Positions 37,630 through 47,696 are shown, counted from the stretch's first letter. The stretch is 49,183 nt of DNA from Crenarchaeota archaeon 13_1_40CM_3_52_17 (GCA_001918745.1 MNGN01000043.1:1-49183), one strand, 5' to 3'. Notes: a model not told the origin generated them from the sequence alone. Made by a program: numbers and translations.

Positions 37630-37678
37630 AATCCTAGGTATAGGTTAGAGAGGCATCCGACAATAAGTTAACAGAGCT
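37467..37678 (-). mobile_element. Non-autonomous TIR-bounded (MITE-like) element carrying a tnpB 3' end/omegaRNA scaffold, copy 2
   Basis: TIRs GGTTCTGTTAACT (37467) and AGTTAACAGAGCT (37678) match at 11/13. Flanks ATTAATAG and GTTAGTAA differ only by transitions. Minus strand reads NLARRGRVRFARSRPPITEAQGGADEAMKRNPTPTVIPRVDAPKLTHQTKS*. Confidence 0.75.
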
Positions 37679-37918
37679 GTTAGTAATAATCGACATTTTT
37701 TTGCATGCAGTTTCCCTGTTGCGGCGGGGCCTATTTTGTAGGATTTGACGATCATCCTCCGCTTTGGCCTCTTTAGGCAAATCCATTCTTGTCATATAGT
37801 CTAGGCCCTCGGAAGGCAGGGAATCGACCTAATGCGCTCGGAGCCAGTCCAAACCCAAATCAATATCACCCAAGAGCGAAGCACATCTAAAGTGACGTGG
37901 GGGGCAAACGGACGAGGA

Positions 37919-38830
37919 TTGGAGGACGAAACGCGCGGTTTCAAGGAAGGCGAACAGATTGCGAAAGTCTCGGTGTGGACCCTGTTGGCCCTTGGCATCC
38001 TTGAGATCGTCTTCAGTCTGATCAGCGGGAGCATCTCCCTCCTTGCAGACGGCATCGACTCCATCTCCGACGCCGTGGTGAGCTTCTTTGTCTGGGCCGG
38101 TCTCCGCATCTCACGCCGTAAGCCCACTCGCAGGTTCCAGTTCGGTTACTATAAAGTCGAAAGCTTCACAGGCCTCATCACCGCGATCGTTCTTGTAGGA
38201 GTTTCAGGCTACATTTTTCTCCGATCCTACAGAGCTCTTCAGAATCCCGTACCGCTTAAGCTCCCGTTTTTGGCTCTGGTTGTCCTTCTAGCCGCAGGCT
38301 TGGGATCCCTATACCGCGCCCTCCAGATGCGCAGGGTAGCCAACAAGTACAACATAACGTCTCTGAAACTTGACGCGAGAAATTCGATAAAAGATGCGTC
38401 CTCATCGTTCGTAGCCTTCGCCAGCGTCCTCGTCGCGTCCTTTGGAATTCACTTCGCGGACGCAATTGGAGGAATGCTCGTAGCCGTCTACATTCTTACT
38501 GTTGCCTACGTCGCGTTGAGGGAATCCTCTCTGGTCCTCCTCGACGAGTTCCACGAGCCAGAACTCTCTCACGAAATAGAACGTCTGATAAGATCACACG
38601 CCGATGTACGGGGAATAAGAGACCTGAGACTGCGGAGAGCCGGACCATTCATAGTAGGAGCACTCGAAGTAGAGGTCGAAGGGAACATGACGCTGAACGA
38701 AGCTCACGAAGTCGCCACCGAATTGGAGGCCTCAGTCAAGACTAGGATCAGGGGTCTTAGGAGGCTAGTCGTAACGCCCGTCCCAGTAGTCGACCCTCAC
38801 GAACACCCCCACGAACACTACACTACCTAG
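37919..38830 (+). CDS. Cation diffusion facilitator (FieF-like) with His-rich tail
   Basis: SISLLADGIDSISD, FQFGYYKVE, LRLRRAG, EAHEVA and HEHPHEH tail. Start uncertain (37832 or TTG 37919). Confidence 0.92.
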   Translation: MEDETRGFKEGEQIAKVSVWTLLALGILEIVFSLISGSISLLADGIDSISDAVVSFFVWAGLRISRRKPTRRFQFGYYKVESFTGLITAIVLVGVSGYIFLRSYRALQNPVPLKLPFLALVVLLAAGLGSLYRALQMRRVANKYNITSLKLDARNSIKDASSSFVAFASVLVASFGIHFADAIGGMLVAVYILTVAYVALRESSLVLLDEFHEPELSHEIERLIRSHADVRGIRDLRLRRAGPFIVGALEVEVEGNMTLNEAHEVATELEASVKTRIRGLRRLVVTPVPVVDPHEHPHEHYTT

Positions 38831-38911
38831 GCCTCGCTCCTCGGGGAAAATAGATTTTGCAGCAGCAGCTTACCGAATAATGCGCGTTGATTGACTTGCA
38901 ATTGACAACTT

Positions 38912-39967
38912 TCACAGATGAAGGAAGACCAGGATGAGGATTCTCGCAAGGACGCCGAGGATCGGAGGGATGACGAGGACTGTTGCAAGCCTGCTGACAA
39001 CGCCAAGGTCAAAAGGCCAGGATTGGATCTTCTGTATGTCTTGTTGTACCTGTCGCATCATTGTGAGCTCATCGGCCAGGGCCTGCGTCTGGCTCGATCT
39101 GTCTTCCGGTGGCGTTTTCGAGATTTGCTCCCTCAGTTTCTGGATGATCGTCGTGTATCGTGGCGTTACCCAGCTCAGCTCTTGACGTTTGGCCTCCTGA
39201 AGCCTCTTTCGGATACTGAGCAGAGGTAGGAAGAACAAGGCGATCCCAGCGAGAATTAGCCCAAAGCTGAAGATTACATCCGTAAGCCTGAGAGGAGCAA
39301 AGGTGATGGTTATTCCTCCGGGGATCTCCACATTGAGAGTTACCAGCTCTAGGAGAGTCAGCGTAACCGGGAACACTGCGTAGATACTTGCCAGTCTGAG
39401 CGAGGCGGTTCCGAACGGTTTCAACCCCAGCGTTCTGTCTTCGGTGAAGGGTTTGAGCCTCAGTGGTAGTTTACCCGCCTGGTGAATCGCGTACATTGAG
39501 TAGCCGTAGACCCACAGAAAGGAGGCTAGAATCAGAAAGAAGTATGCGATGACTGCAATGTGCTCGGAGAAGACTGTCGTGGGACTTGGGAAGCCGAAGA
39601 GAAGAGTGATAGCGACTAGGAGTATCACCCAAACTGCAAGGATGTTCGCCGCCCGGAACGGTATTCTAAGGCTATCGACGGGCACGTCTGGACTCATTCG
39701 TTTGACATAATCGCTTAGCTGTTCCATTCTACTCGAGATGAAACGGATAGCGTAGACGAAGTAGACAATGAAAATCGACAGGACTACGGCGGTGTCCAGC
39801 AAGTAGCCGCCAGGTCCACCGGGGGGAACGACGAGATAGTCGAGTGTGGCGAGTAGCCTAGTGGGAGCGAACCCAATGATTATGGCCCAGAGCCAGAAGG
39901 GAAGTCTCAACCGTGAAGCGTGACGAACCAATGATGGCCAAGACATGACTGTGGAGCGGCGGTGCAA
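38912..39967 (-). CDS. Multi-pass membrane protein, unknown function
   Basis: About 7 TM segments, DRTLGLKPFG and C-terminal SWPFD. Confidence 0.7.
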   Translation of the reverse strand: MHRRSTVMSWPSLVRHASRLRLPFWLWAIIIGFAPTRLLATLDYLVVPPGGPGGYLLDTAVVLSIFIVYFVYAIRFISSRMEQLSDYVKRMSPDVPVDSLRIPFRAANILAVWVILLVAITLLFGFPSPTTVFSEHIAVIAYFFLILASFLWVYGYSMYAIHQAGKLPLRLKPFTEDRTLGLKPFGTASLRLASIYAVFPVTLTLLELVTLNVEIPGGITITFAPLRLTDVIFSFGLILAGIALFFLPLLSIRKRLQEAKRQELSWVTPRYTTIIQKLREQISKTPPEDRSSQTQALADELTMMRQVQQDIQKIQSWPFDLGVVSRLATVLVIPPILGVLARILILVFLHL

Positions 39968-40070
39968 AGGAAGGTCCTATCATCCCACCATTTGAAACGT
40001 TCCTTATAGAACCGGTGCTGCCATCACCTTCTCACTCATATGACGGAAGCACAAGCTGTGTTGAGAAGAA

Positions 40071-41519
40071 CTATCCTACCGGTTCTGCACTTGCGGTTTT
40101 TGATTCGGGAACTCCCTCGAACTTTTGGCCCCTCAATGCTGAGGGGATAACCGCAACAAGGCTCATGATGCCCATGACCAGGAAGGTGGTATGCATGGGA
40201 CCCACAAAGAGAGCAATGTTAGACGCGTTTGAACCGCCTGGAGTCACGCCAGCAAACACATCCTGGAGAACATTCAACGGAATGCTCGTCGCAAGAACAA
40301 CGAACACCATTGCGAGGCTGAGAAGAGCGCCTGTGGTAACAAGAGTCGCCGACATTCCAGATGCAACACCTCTTCTCGTTACCGGAGTCGCGTTCATGAT
40401 GGAACTTATGTTCGGGGCGACAAACATGCCACCCCCCGCCCCACTAACAACCATGAGCGTCGCAAGGATCGAGTAGGAAGCATCCCCAGGAACTACTGCG
40501 AATCCAAACAGCGCTGCGGCAGATATCAACAGTCCTCCTGTTGTAAACCCTCTCGCGCCATACTTGTCGGAGAGAAAACCACTCAGGGGTCCAACAGTCA
40601 CGAAGGCGACCGCGAACGGTATTAGGAGAATACCTGCAGTTAATGCGTCGTAGAGCAACGCTCCCTGGAAGAAGATCGTCAGCACGAGGGAAATCCCGCT
40701 TCTCGAGACGGAAGCGAGGAAGTTGCTCAATATTCCAGCAGTGAATGGTCTGATCTTGAACAGCTTCAAGTCCATCAACGGAGTCGGAGCTTTCAGCTCC
40801 ACGTAGCCAAATCCAACCAGTGCGACCAAGCCAACAACCATCATCACCAAGTCGAGCAGAGTGTATCCTGACAGGGCTCCTATGGTTAGGCCAATGAGGA
40901 AGACCGATAATCCTCCTGCGAACAGCAAGTTTCCAGGCAGATCTATTCTTTCATGCTTGACAGTTCCGAGTTCCTTGAGTTTCTTGTAGGCCCAGAACGT
41001 TGCGAAGGCGCCTATCGGGAGGTTTATCAAGAATATGGACTGCCAGCCAAAGGCCGCGGTCAAGATCCCGCCTAGTATGAGACCGATTACGGATCCGCTA
41101 ATTCCTGCTACTAGGTTGACTCCGATCGCCCGTCCTCGCTCGCTAGGAGGAAACGCATCCGTCAATATGGCGGCGTTGTTTGCCCATATGAGCGCCGCTC
41201 CTACTCCCTGGACGAGACGGAAGAAGACGAGCATGGTCCCAGAGAGTGCGAGACTGCAAAGCCCGGAGCCGATTGTGAAGACTAGAAAGCCGAGGTTGTA
41301 GAGACGCACCTTGCCGTACATGTCAGCCAATCGGCCGAACAACAGCAGCAGAACCGCAGTCATGAGAATGTAGCCCATCAGGACCCAGAGGGCTTCGAAG
41401 GCTGAAGCATGAAGTGTCCGCGTAATAGTGGGCAGGGCGATGAGAACAATGTTCCCATCAAGCTGAGACATGAACGCGCCGATAGTCGTGTTCGTCAGTA
41501 CAGTGTACTTGTATTCCAT
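40071..41519 (-). CDS. MFS DHA2 (EmrB/QacA-like) efflux transporter
   Basis: LDGNIVLIALP, GRLADMYGKVR, WQSIFLINLPIG, about 14 TM. Confidence 0.93.
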   Translation of the reverse strand: MEYKYTVLTNTTIGAFMSQLDGNIVLIALPTITRTLHASAFEALWVLMGYILMTAVLLLLFGRLADMYGKVRLYNLGFLVFTIGSGLCSLALSGTMLVFFRLVQGVGAALIWANNAAILTDAFPPSERGRAIGVNLVAGISGSVIGLILGGILTAAFGWQSIFLINLPIGAFATFWAYKKLKELGTVKHERIDLPGNLLFAGGLSVFLIGLTIGALSGYTLLDLVMMVVGLVALVGFGYVELKAPTPLMDLKLFKIRPFTAGILSNFLASVSRSGISLVLTIFFQGALLYDALTAGILLIPFAVAFVTVGPLSGFLSDKYGARGFTTGGLLISAAALFGFAVVPGDASYSILATLMVVSGAGGGMFVAPNISSIMNATPVTRRGVASGMSATLVTTGALLSLAMVFVVLATSIPLNVLQDVFAGVTPGGSNASNIALFVGPMHTTFLVMGIMSLVAVIPSALRGQKFEGVPESKTASAEPVG

Positions 41520-41679
41520 CTTGCAGACCAGCGTCGCTCTTTCCGATTGACGAAGCGACGCGCTGTTAGAAATCCCGTATAAGGTCTATTTCCAAAGCCC
41601 GCGGGCGGAAGAAACGGGAGCACGAAACTCAGTTCTCCTGGCTGAAACGATTTATCCAGGGGGTGATTCGCCCCTCTCG

Positions 41680-42312
41680 TTGTCTATGGGTCTAAGGGAA
41701 CTTCTCATACCGCGCGAGAAAATCTTCTTTCAGCTTCTCGAGGAAGAGTCGAAGAATGTCTTGGCGGGGGCCATAGCTTTCAGTGAGTTGATCCAGAACT
41801 TCGACAATTTGGCTGACAAAAGGAACAAGATGAAAGACATAGAGCACCACGGAGACGAAATTGTTCACTCCATTTATGACCGTCTCGTAAAGACATTCAT
41901 CACTCCCATCGATAGAGAGGACATTAGCAAGCTCGCTTCTCTCTACGACGATGTCTTGGACTACATCTACGCCGCTGTCAACCGTCTCTTTCTCTACGAG
42001 GTCGAATCACCAACAGAGCCGATGAGACGGTTCGCCGACCTTGTCTTGAAGTCAGTTCGGGAAATCGACTTCGCCTTCGCCAGCATTCAAAAGATCAAGG
42101 CCTCTGAGATTGAGACCCGTTGTAATGAGGTGGACACCTTGGAGAACGAGGCGGATGTTGTTCTGAACGAGTCAGTCGCCGCCCTTTTCAAGACAAACGA
42201 TGCGATTTCCATTATCAAGTTCAAGGAGGTCTACGAACTGATGGAGACGATCACTGACAAGTGTGAAGATGTTGTTCAGGTGATAAGGGACATAATCCTG
42301 GAGTACTCCTAG
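41680..42312 (+). CDS. DUF47 (PhoU-like) phosphate transport regulator
   Basis: EHHGDEI, TFITPIDREDI, LENEAD, TDKCEDV. Upstream of PiT. Confidence 0.92.
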   Translation: MSMGLRELLIPREKIFFQLLEEESKNVLAGAIAFSELIQNFDNLADKRNKMKDIEHHGDEIVHSIYDRLVKTFITPIDREDISKLASLYDDVLDYIYAAVNRLFLYEVESPTEPMRRFADLVLKSVREIDFAFASIQKIKASEIETRCNEVDTLENEADVVLNESVAALFKTNDAISIIKFKEVYELMETITDKCEDVVQVIRDIILEYS

Positions 42313-42329
42313 CAAAAGGGGTCCTCCTA

Positions 42330-43340
42330 GTGTCCTCGACAGTACCGTTTGAGATAGTTGTCCTAGTGGTTGTTGTGGCCCTAGGGTTTGACTTCATGAA
42401 CGGGTTTCACGACGCGGCAAATTCCGTTGCTACTGTTGTCTCTACGAGGGTTCTGACTCCCCGTGTCGCTGTGCTCTGGGCCGCTTTCTTCAATTTCGTG
42501 GCGGCCTTCGTCTTCGGGGTCAATGTGGCCTCTACAATCGGTAAGGGAACCATAGACCCGAAGATAGTCACTGCCTGGCTACTACTTGCTGTCCTCATTG
42601 GTGCCACCTCCTGGGACGTCATAACATGGTGGTTTGGACTGCCCACGAGCTCGTCTCACGCCTTGGTGGGCGGCCTCATCGGTGCAGGTGTCGTGAAGGG
42701 AGGGTGGGGCGTGGTCCAGACCGCGGGCGTCAGCAAGATAGCATACTTCATAGTGTTGTCTCCTGTGATTGGCTTCTTCCTCGCCATTGGCTTAGTCCTA
42801 CTCACAGTGAGAATCGCCATGCGGTATTCCCGTTCCACATCCGATCACGCGTTCCGACGGCTACAACTCGTCTCCGCGGCCCTCTACAGTCTGGGGCACG
42901 GGACAAATGATGCGCAGAAGACAATGGGAATAATAGCGGCGCTTCTCTTCGCTCAGGGACTATTAGGTTCAACGTTCTACGTTCCCTTTTACGTCATACT
43001 GTTGGCAGGAACCGCTATGGGTCTTGGAACCTATTTCGGGGGATGGAGGATAGTTCGCACAATGGGTATGAAGATTACAAAGTTGCACCCTTTCGGAGGG
43101 TTCAGTGCCGAGACTGCGGCTGCCTCAACACTCTTCGCCACCGCATCCCTCGGAATCCCCGTCAGCACAACCCACACCATAGCTGGAGCGATCATGGGAG
43201 TAGGTTCGACGCGCAGACTCTCAGCAGTGAGATGGGGAGTGGCCCGTAGAATAGTCTACGCTTGGGTCCTGACGATCCCCGCCGCGGCCGCAATAGCCGG
43301 CCTTTCATACTATGTTCTGAGCCTCGCAGGCCTCAGCTAA
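42330..43340 (+). CDS. pit: PiT-family inorganic phosphate transporter
   Basis: NGFHDAANSVAT, PTSSSHA, HGTNDAQKTMG, PVSTTH. Confidence 0.95.
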   Translation: MSSTVPFEIVVLVVVVALGFDFMNGFHDAANSVATVVSTRVLTPRVAVLWAAFFNFVAAFVFGVNVASTIGKGTIDPKIVTAWLLLAVLIGATSWDVITWWFGLPTSSSHALVGGLIGAGVVKGGWGVVQTAGVSKIAYFIVLSPVIGFFLAIGLVLLTVRIAMRYSRSTSDHAFRRLQLVSAALYSLGHGTNDAQKTMGIIAALLFAQGLLGSTFYVPFYVILLAGTAMGLGTYFGGWRIVRTMGMKITKLHPFGGFSAETAAASTLFATASLGIPVSTTHTIAGAIMGVGSTRRLSAVRWGVARRIVYAWVLTIPAAAAIAGLSYYVLSLAGLS

Positions 43341-43504
43341 CTAGGCTTCCAGCCCCAGATCCTGCCCCGAATCGTGTGACCCGCCCAGCAAACGGACCGG
43401 ACAGAAAACCGCTACCGGAAAGATAGGGCTTGTTCAAAGCCTCGAAGAGAGCGATGTTTTTGGCGAGACTCAGAATGGCAAACGCTGTTTCGGACACAAT
43501 CGGC

Positions 43505-43684
43505 CTAGATTTGGCCTCTAAGAGAATCTCGCATCTGCCCGTCTTTCCATAGCTGTTCTACTTGGGTTGTTCTGCAACCCTTGCAGACGATGGTGACCCA
43601 TCCACCCGCCGAGCCAGGATGGTTGCTAACGTCGTGTTCCATGACCTTGTTGCAACTCCAGCACCACATGACCTCCTTGACCAT
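43505..43684 (-). CDS. Small zinc-finger microprotein (CxxC...CxxC)
   Basis: MVKEVMWCWSCNKVMEH...IVCKGCRTTQ. Start at ATG 43684 is a best guess. Confidence 0.55.
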   Translation of the reverse strand: MVKEVMWCWSCNKVMEHDVSNHPGSAGGWVTIVCKGCRTTQVEQLWKDGQMRDSLRGQI

Positions 43685-43993
43685 CACGGACCGCATGCGC
43701 CGGGCGAAGTCATTGGGAGCAATTATGCAGGAGATGGCAGGAAAACTGAAAAGTGGGTCAAATAAACCAGAAGACAGTCGATCTAACATCGTTCGAGTTT
43801 GGGCCATGCTGATCTTCGGACTTCTGAATATAGCCATACATACAAATCTGTATCAAAAGCTGGCTGGGACCAGCGGGAGAATAAATACTGGAGAACTCGA
43901 TCCACAATCACGGAATAGCGAGGCCAAGCGTATGAACGGGCGTAATTTGACTTGTAAGATTCAGCTTTCATACATAGCAGTTGGTAGCAAACA

Positions 43994-45658
43994 GTGATAA
44001 CCAAGAACCGGGAGACGAGAATTGTAGTAATTCTTCTCGCCAGCATATTTTTCTTATCGACCCTGGGAGCCGCTAACGCTGCGAGCAACGTGGGTGCAAG
44101 TGTCCCTCAGTTCCCCGTAGGATCGGGTTCTTGGAATCCGAAAGTGCCCTGTTCTTCACCTTGGATCGTCAGAGTGACTGACATAACTAACAATATGACC
44201 GGGTCTTCTTCTTTGAGTAACAGCATCTTCAATCCTGGAATCACCTCGCCGGTAGGAACTGCTAAGCGGTGGCTCACGCCAGGCAACACACCATCAGGCT
44301 GGACCTCTCCGGGCCCACCTTGCACGATAACTAACTCTCACGGGATAGTTGCAATGTTCGTTGAGATCGATGGGGTGAAACGAGCAAGTCTTGTTAACGA
44401 GGACTGCACTGGGACCTACGATGCAGTGAACGGTGGAGGTTCTAATGGCGGATCGTATTGTGATTCAACTTTCAACTTCTACGATCCCGGGGTTGTCCCG
44501 AACTACTCAACCTCCTGCACTAGCGCTTCAGATCCTTCTTGTTATGGTAGAATTCATTCGGAGATAGATCATGACTGGAAGGCTGCCAAGTATTGTGGAG
44601 CATCCACCACCTGTGACGATGCGGCGTTGAGTTCTCAAACTACAACTTCTTCTCTCATAGACTTCCAGGGCTTCATCTACTGGGACCCAGGCAATCTCAA
44701 TCAGGCATGGCACAGTTTCAGCGGCTGGGAGATTCACCCGCTGACGGGCTGGCGCGTCCACCAGTCAAATCCATCCTTGGCCGCTAGCTTCACTTTTAGT
44801 CCATCTTCCCCTAGTGTAGGCCAAGCTGTCACGTTCACGGCAACCGTCTCAGGAGGAACCTCTCCGTACACATTTAACTGGAACTTCGGTGACGGAGCAA
44901 CCGGCACGGGTAACCCCACAACTCACTCCTACTCCAGCTCCGGGACCTTCAACGCACAACTAACCGTCCAGGACTCCGCAAGTGCCATGGCCACCGCGTC
45001 TAGGAGCGTCTCTGTGACGCAACCGGCTTCTCCAGACTTTAGCATCTCATCGAGTCCCTCGTCATTCTCTTTGGCGCAGGGCGCTTCTGGCTCTTCGACA
45101 ATCACACTCACCAGTCTAGGAGGTTTCGCTGGGACAATCACCCTATCTCCATCCGTTTCACCGAGCGGTCCATCCGTTTCAGTGAGCCCTACCAGCGTAA
45201 CCCTTACTGCTGGTAGCAGTGCTACTTCGTCTTTGACCGTTACAACACAGCCTGCCACGCCAATTGGAAGTTACACGGTAACCGTTTCCGGAACGAGTAA
45301 CACCATTTCCCACTCGACAACGGTCCAAGTTATCGTAGGGAGCACACCCGACTTCTCTATCTCAGGAAGCCCCTCGTCTATGACCCTCGCACAGCGCTCG
45401 ACCGGCACATTCAGCGTAGTTCTCACTAGTGTGAACGGGTTTAGTGGCACCGTGAGCTTATCGGCTTCAGTATCGCCTTCCGGACCTAGGATGTCATTCA
45501 GCCAGAACCCGGTCAACCTGACACCTGGAGCCTCAGGGAGTTCGACTCTGAACGTCAGGATCTTCAATAAGACTCAGTTAGGAACTTACACAATTACCGT
45601 GACCGGGACGAATGGTTCGCTTTCCCACTCTATCACCTTCACGGTTACAGTCGCATAG
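43994..45658 (+). CDS. Secreted surface protein: Cys-rich N-terminal domain, PKD domain and two Ig-like repeats
   Basis: Signal peptide, IHSEID...WEIHP domain, PKD (WNFGDG) and two PDFSISxSPSS...GxYTxTVxGT repeats. Confidence 0.85.
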   Translation: MITKNRETRIVVILLASIFFLSTLGAANAASNVGASVPQFPVGSGSWNPKVPCSSPWIVRVTDITNNMTGSSSLSNSIFNPGITSPVGTAKRWLTPGNTPSGWTSPGPPCTITNSHGIVAMFVEIDGVKRASLVNEDCTGTYDAVNGGGSNGGSYCDSTFNFYDPGVVPNYSTSCTSASDPSCYGRIHSEIDHDWKAAKYCGASTTCDDAALSSQTTTSSLIDFQGFIYWDPGNLNQAWHSFSGWEIHPLTGWRVHQSNPSLAASFTFSPSSPSVGQAVTFTATVSGGTSPYTFNWNFGDGATGTGNPTTHSYSSSGTFNAQLTVQDSASAMATASRSVSVTQPASPDFSISSSPSSFSLAQGASGSSTITLTSLGGFAGTITLSPSVSPSGPSVSVSPTSVTLTAGSSATSSLTVTTQPATPIGSYTVTVSGTSNTISHSTTVQVIVGSTPDFSISGSPSSMTLAQRSTGTFSVVLTSVNGFSGTVSLSASVSPSGPRMSFSQNPVNLTPGASGSSTLNVRIFNKTQLGTYTITVTGTNGSLSHSITFTVTVA

Positions 45659-45774
45659 ATTCAACCGACACGCAACTGAACTGACGCTTCGCCTTGCCCT
45701 GATACTGAAAGCGAAGATACTGATAAAAGCTGAATGGGCGGCATATTGCGTAATCTACGAGGTGAATTTTCGGA

Positions 45775-46245
45775 ATGGGTGTTGAAGAAAACTTGCGACT
45801 TATGCAGACATTAGACAATGCTTGGAATACTAAAGATTGGGAAACGTTCATGAAACGTCACTCTGAGAACGTTGCAGTGTATTGGCCGGGCCAACCAGAG
45901 CCAACGAGAGGACGTCACGCACATCATGATGAATCCGTTGAATTCTTCAAGGCATTTGACAATCATGTCGATAACAATCCGTACAAGATCCTCTTCGGCT
46001 ACGGCGACTACACGTGTTCACTGGCCAGATGGACAGGCAAGAACATAGGACCATTCATGGGCCCGGATGGGCGTATGATCCCTGCCACCAACAAGAAGTT
46101 TGAGCTTGAGTTCTGCACTGTTGCACACTGGAAGAACAACGAGATTGTCGAAGAGAAACTCTTCTACGACTTGGTAGGATTGCTGAAACAGCTCGGCGTA
46201 ACTCTAACAGCAAAGACCCAAGCAGAGAAAGTGCCTGCGGCCTAA
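45775..46245 (+). CDS. SnoaL-like ester cyclase
   Basis: IPATNKKF, IVEEKLFYDLVGLLKQLG. Confidence 0.85.
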   Translation: MGVEENLRLMQTLDNAWNTKDWETFMKRHSENVAVYWPGQPEPTRGRHAHHDESVEFFKAFDNHVDNNPYKILFGYGDYTCSLARWTGKNIGPFMGPDGRMIPATNKKFELEFCTVAHWKNNEIVEEKLFYDLVGLLKQLGVTLTAKTQAEKVPAA

Positions 46246-46279
46246 CAGCGCAACAGAGAGCTTCTGAGCCCAGTGCCCC

Positions 46280-46924
46280 CTATTCCCTATTTTCTAAGGA
46301 ATTTACTTTTTTGGCTTGATTCAAGGCCCCGACTAGAGCTTTGGCGACTGCGTCTCCGTCGTGTCTAACCCCGTTGACATAAAATGTAGGGGTCCCATTG
46401 ACACCGCTTCTTACTCCGCCCATGAAGTCGTCCTTGATCCGTTTCTGATACACGTGCTGAGTGATCTCACGTTCAAACTTTTGAGTGTCCAGGCTCAACT
46501 TCCTCGCATAGGCAAGGGCGACATTCGAATCGCCGAGAGTTGCTTGGTGTTCGTAGAGAAAGTCGTGCATAGGCCAGAACTTTCCTTGGGCGGAGGCTGC
46601 TTCTGCTGTCTCGGCGGCGTTCATGGCATGCTCGTGGATATTTGTTAGTGGAAAGTTGCGAAACACAAATCGCAGTTCAGACCCGAGTTCCTTCTGGACC
46701 TTTTTCACTTCAGGATAGGCAGCTCCACAATAGGGACATTGATAGTCACCATACTCAACAAGAGTGAGAGCAGCTTTCACGGGACCTTCTATGTGATCGC
46801 GCTCAGGAGTAACCGGAATTTCCAACTTCGGGGCCTGATACCTTCCCGTGGCTTCCTTGCCGGTTGGTTCCAGCAGAGTCTTGCCTGGAGCTCTCTTTCG
46901 TGTTACCGTTGTTGTGCCGGACAT
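46280..46924 (-). CDS. DsbA-family thioredoxin-fold protein
   Basis: EYGDYQCPYC, FRNFPL, GVNGTPTFYVNG. Confidence 0.92.
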   Translation of the reverse strand: MSGTTTVTRKRAPGKTLLEPTGKEATGRYQAPKLEIPVTPERDHIEGPVKAALTLVEYGDYQCPYCGAAYPEVKKVQKELGSELRFVFRNFPLTNIHEHAMNAAETAEAASAQGKFWPMHDFLYEHQATLGDSNVALAYARKLSLDTQKFEREITQHVYQKRIKDDFMGGVRSGVNGTPTFYVNGVRHDGDAVAKALVGALNQAKKVNSLENRE

Positions 46925-46932
46925 TTTCGAGG

Positions 46933-47526
46933 TCAGCTCTTCTCAGTCGCCTGAGTCTTGTTCAGATTCTCTAAGGCCGATAGTATGCCGTCGGCTCCTG
47001 GGTTGATCCCGTCAGGGGAGAGATGGCTCCATCTGATAATTCCCTTGTCGTCGATCACGAAGAGTGCTCGAGCGGACTCGCCGATCTTCTCTTTGAAGGC
47101 ACCATACTTTCGAGAGACTACCCCTTTTGGCTCGAAGTCTGCTAGGACGGGGAAGTTGAGCTTCCGGTCCTTAGCGAACGCTAGGTGGGACCAGATATTG
47201 TCAACGGATATGGCGAGGAGTTCTGCGTTGAACTTTTTGAATTCTGGCATCACCACTGCGTACAGTGATAATTGGTCGGTGCAGACGGGACTCCAGTCTG
47301 CAGGGTAGAAAGCTAGAATCACGGGTTGTCCCCGAAAATCGTTAAGGGACACTTTCTGGTCCGGTGTACTGTTAAGAGAAAAATTCGGAGCCAAGTTGCC
47401 GGGTCCTAAGACGGAGTCTACTTTCTTCCCAATCTTCTTGCTTTTCAATGGCTGCTGCCGGCGGTTTCGCGCCGGTCGCTTGTTCTCCAACTTCCTTATC
47501 CGACCCCTCTTGCTGGCTTGAACCAA
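46933..47526 (-). CDS. AhpC/TSA (AhpE-like) peroxiredoxin with basic N-terminal extension
   Basis: FYPADWSPVC, ISVD, RALFVID. Confidence 0.88.
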   Translation of the reverse strand: MVQASKRGRIRKLENKRPARNRRQQPLKSKKIGKKVDSVLGPGNLAPNFSLNSTPDQKVSLNDFRGQPVILAFYPADWSPVCTDQLSLYAVVMPEFKKFNAELLAISVDNIWSHLAFAKDRKLNFPVLADFEPKGVVSRKYGAFKEKIGESARALFVIDDKGIIRWSHLSPDGINPGADGILSALENLNKTQATEKS

Positions 47527-47696
47527 AATGGTCTTCAGATGAGACGACTCCCCTCTATGAAAAGAAGTAACATTGCAAAGCGTTCTCTTCTTGCTCTATT
47601 TATAGACTAACTGCATTCCAATCGGCCCCGGGTCCGAGATTCACCTGAGAATGTTTCGGCTAGGGACCTTCTGTCGCAGCCTGATGTGACTTAGTG

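Noticed and set aside
45030-45650. Repeated sequence as a DNA repeat or CRISPR array
   Set aside because: These are degenerate protein-level Ig-domain repeats within a CDS. No repeat-spacer pattern or cas genes were seen anywhere in the window.
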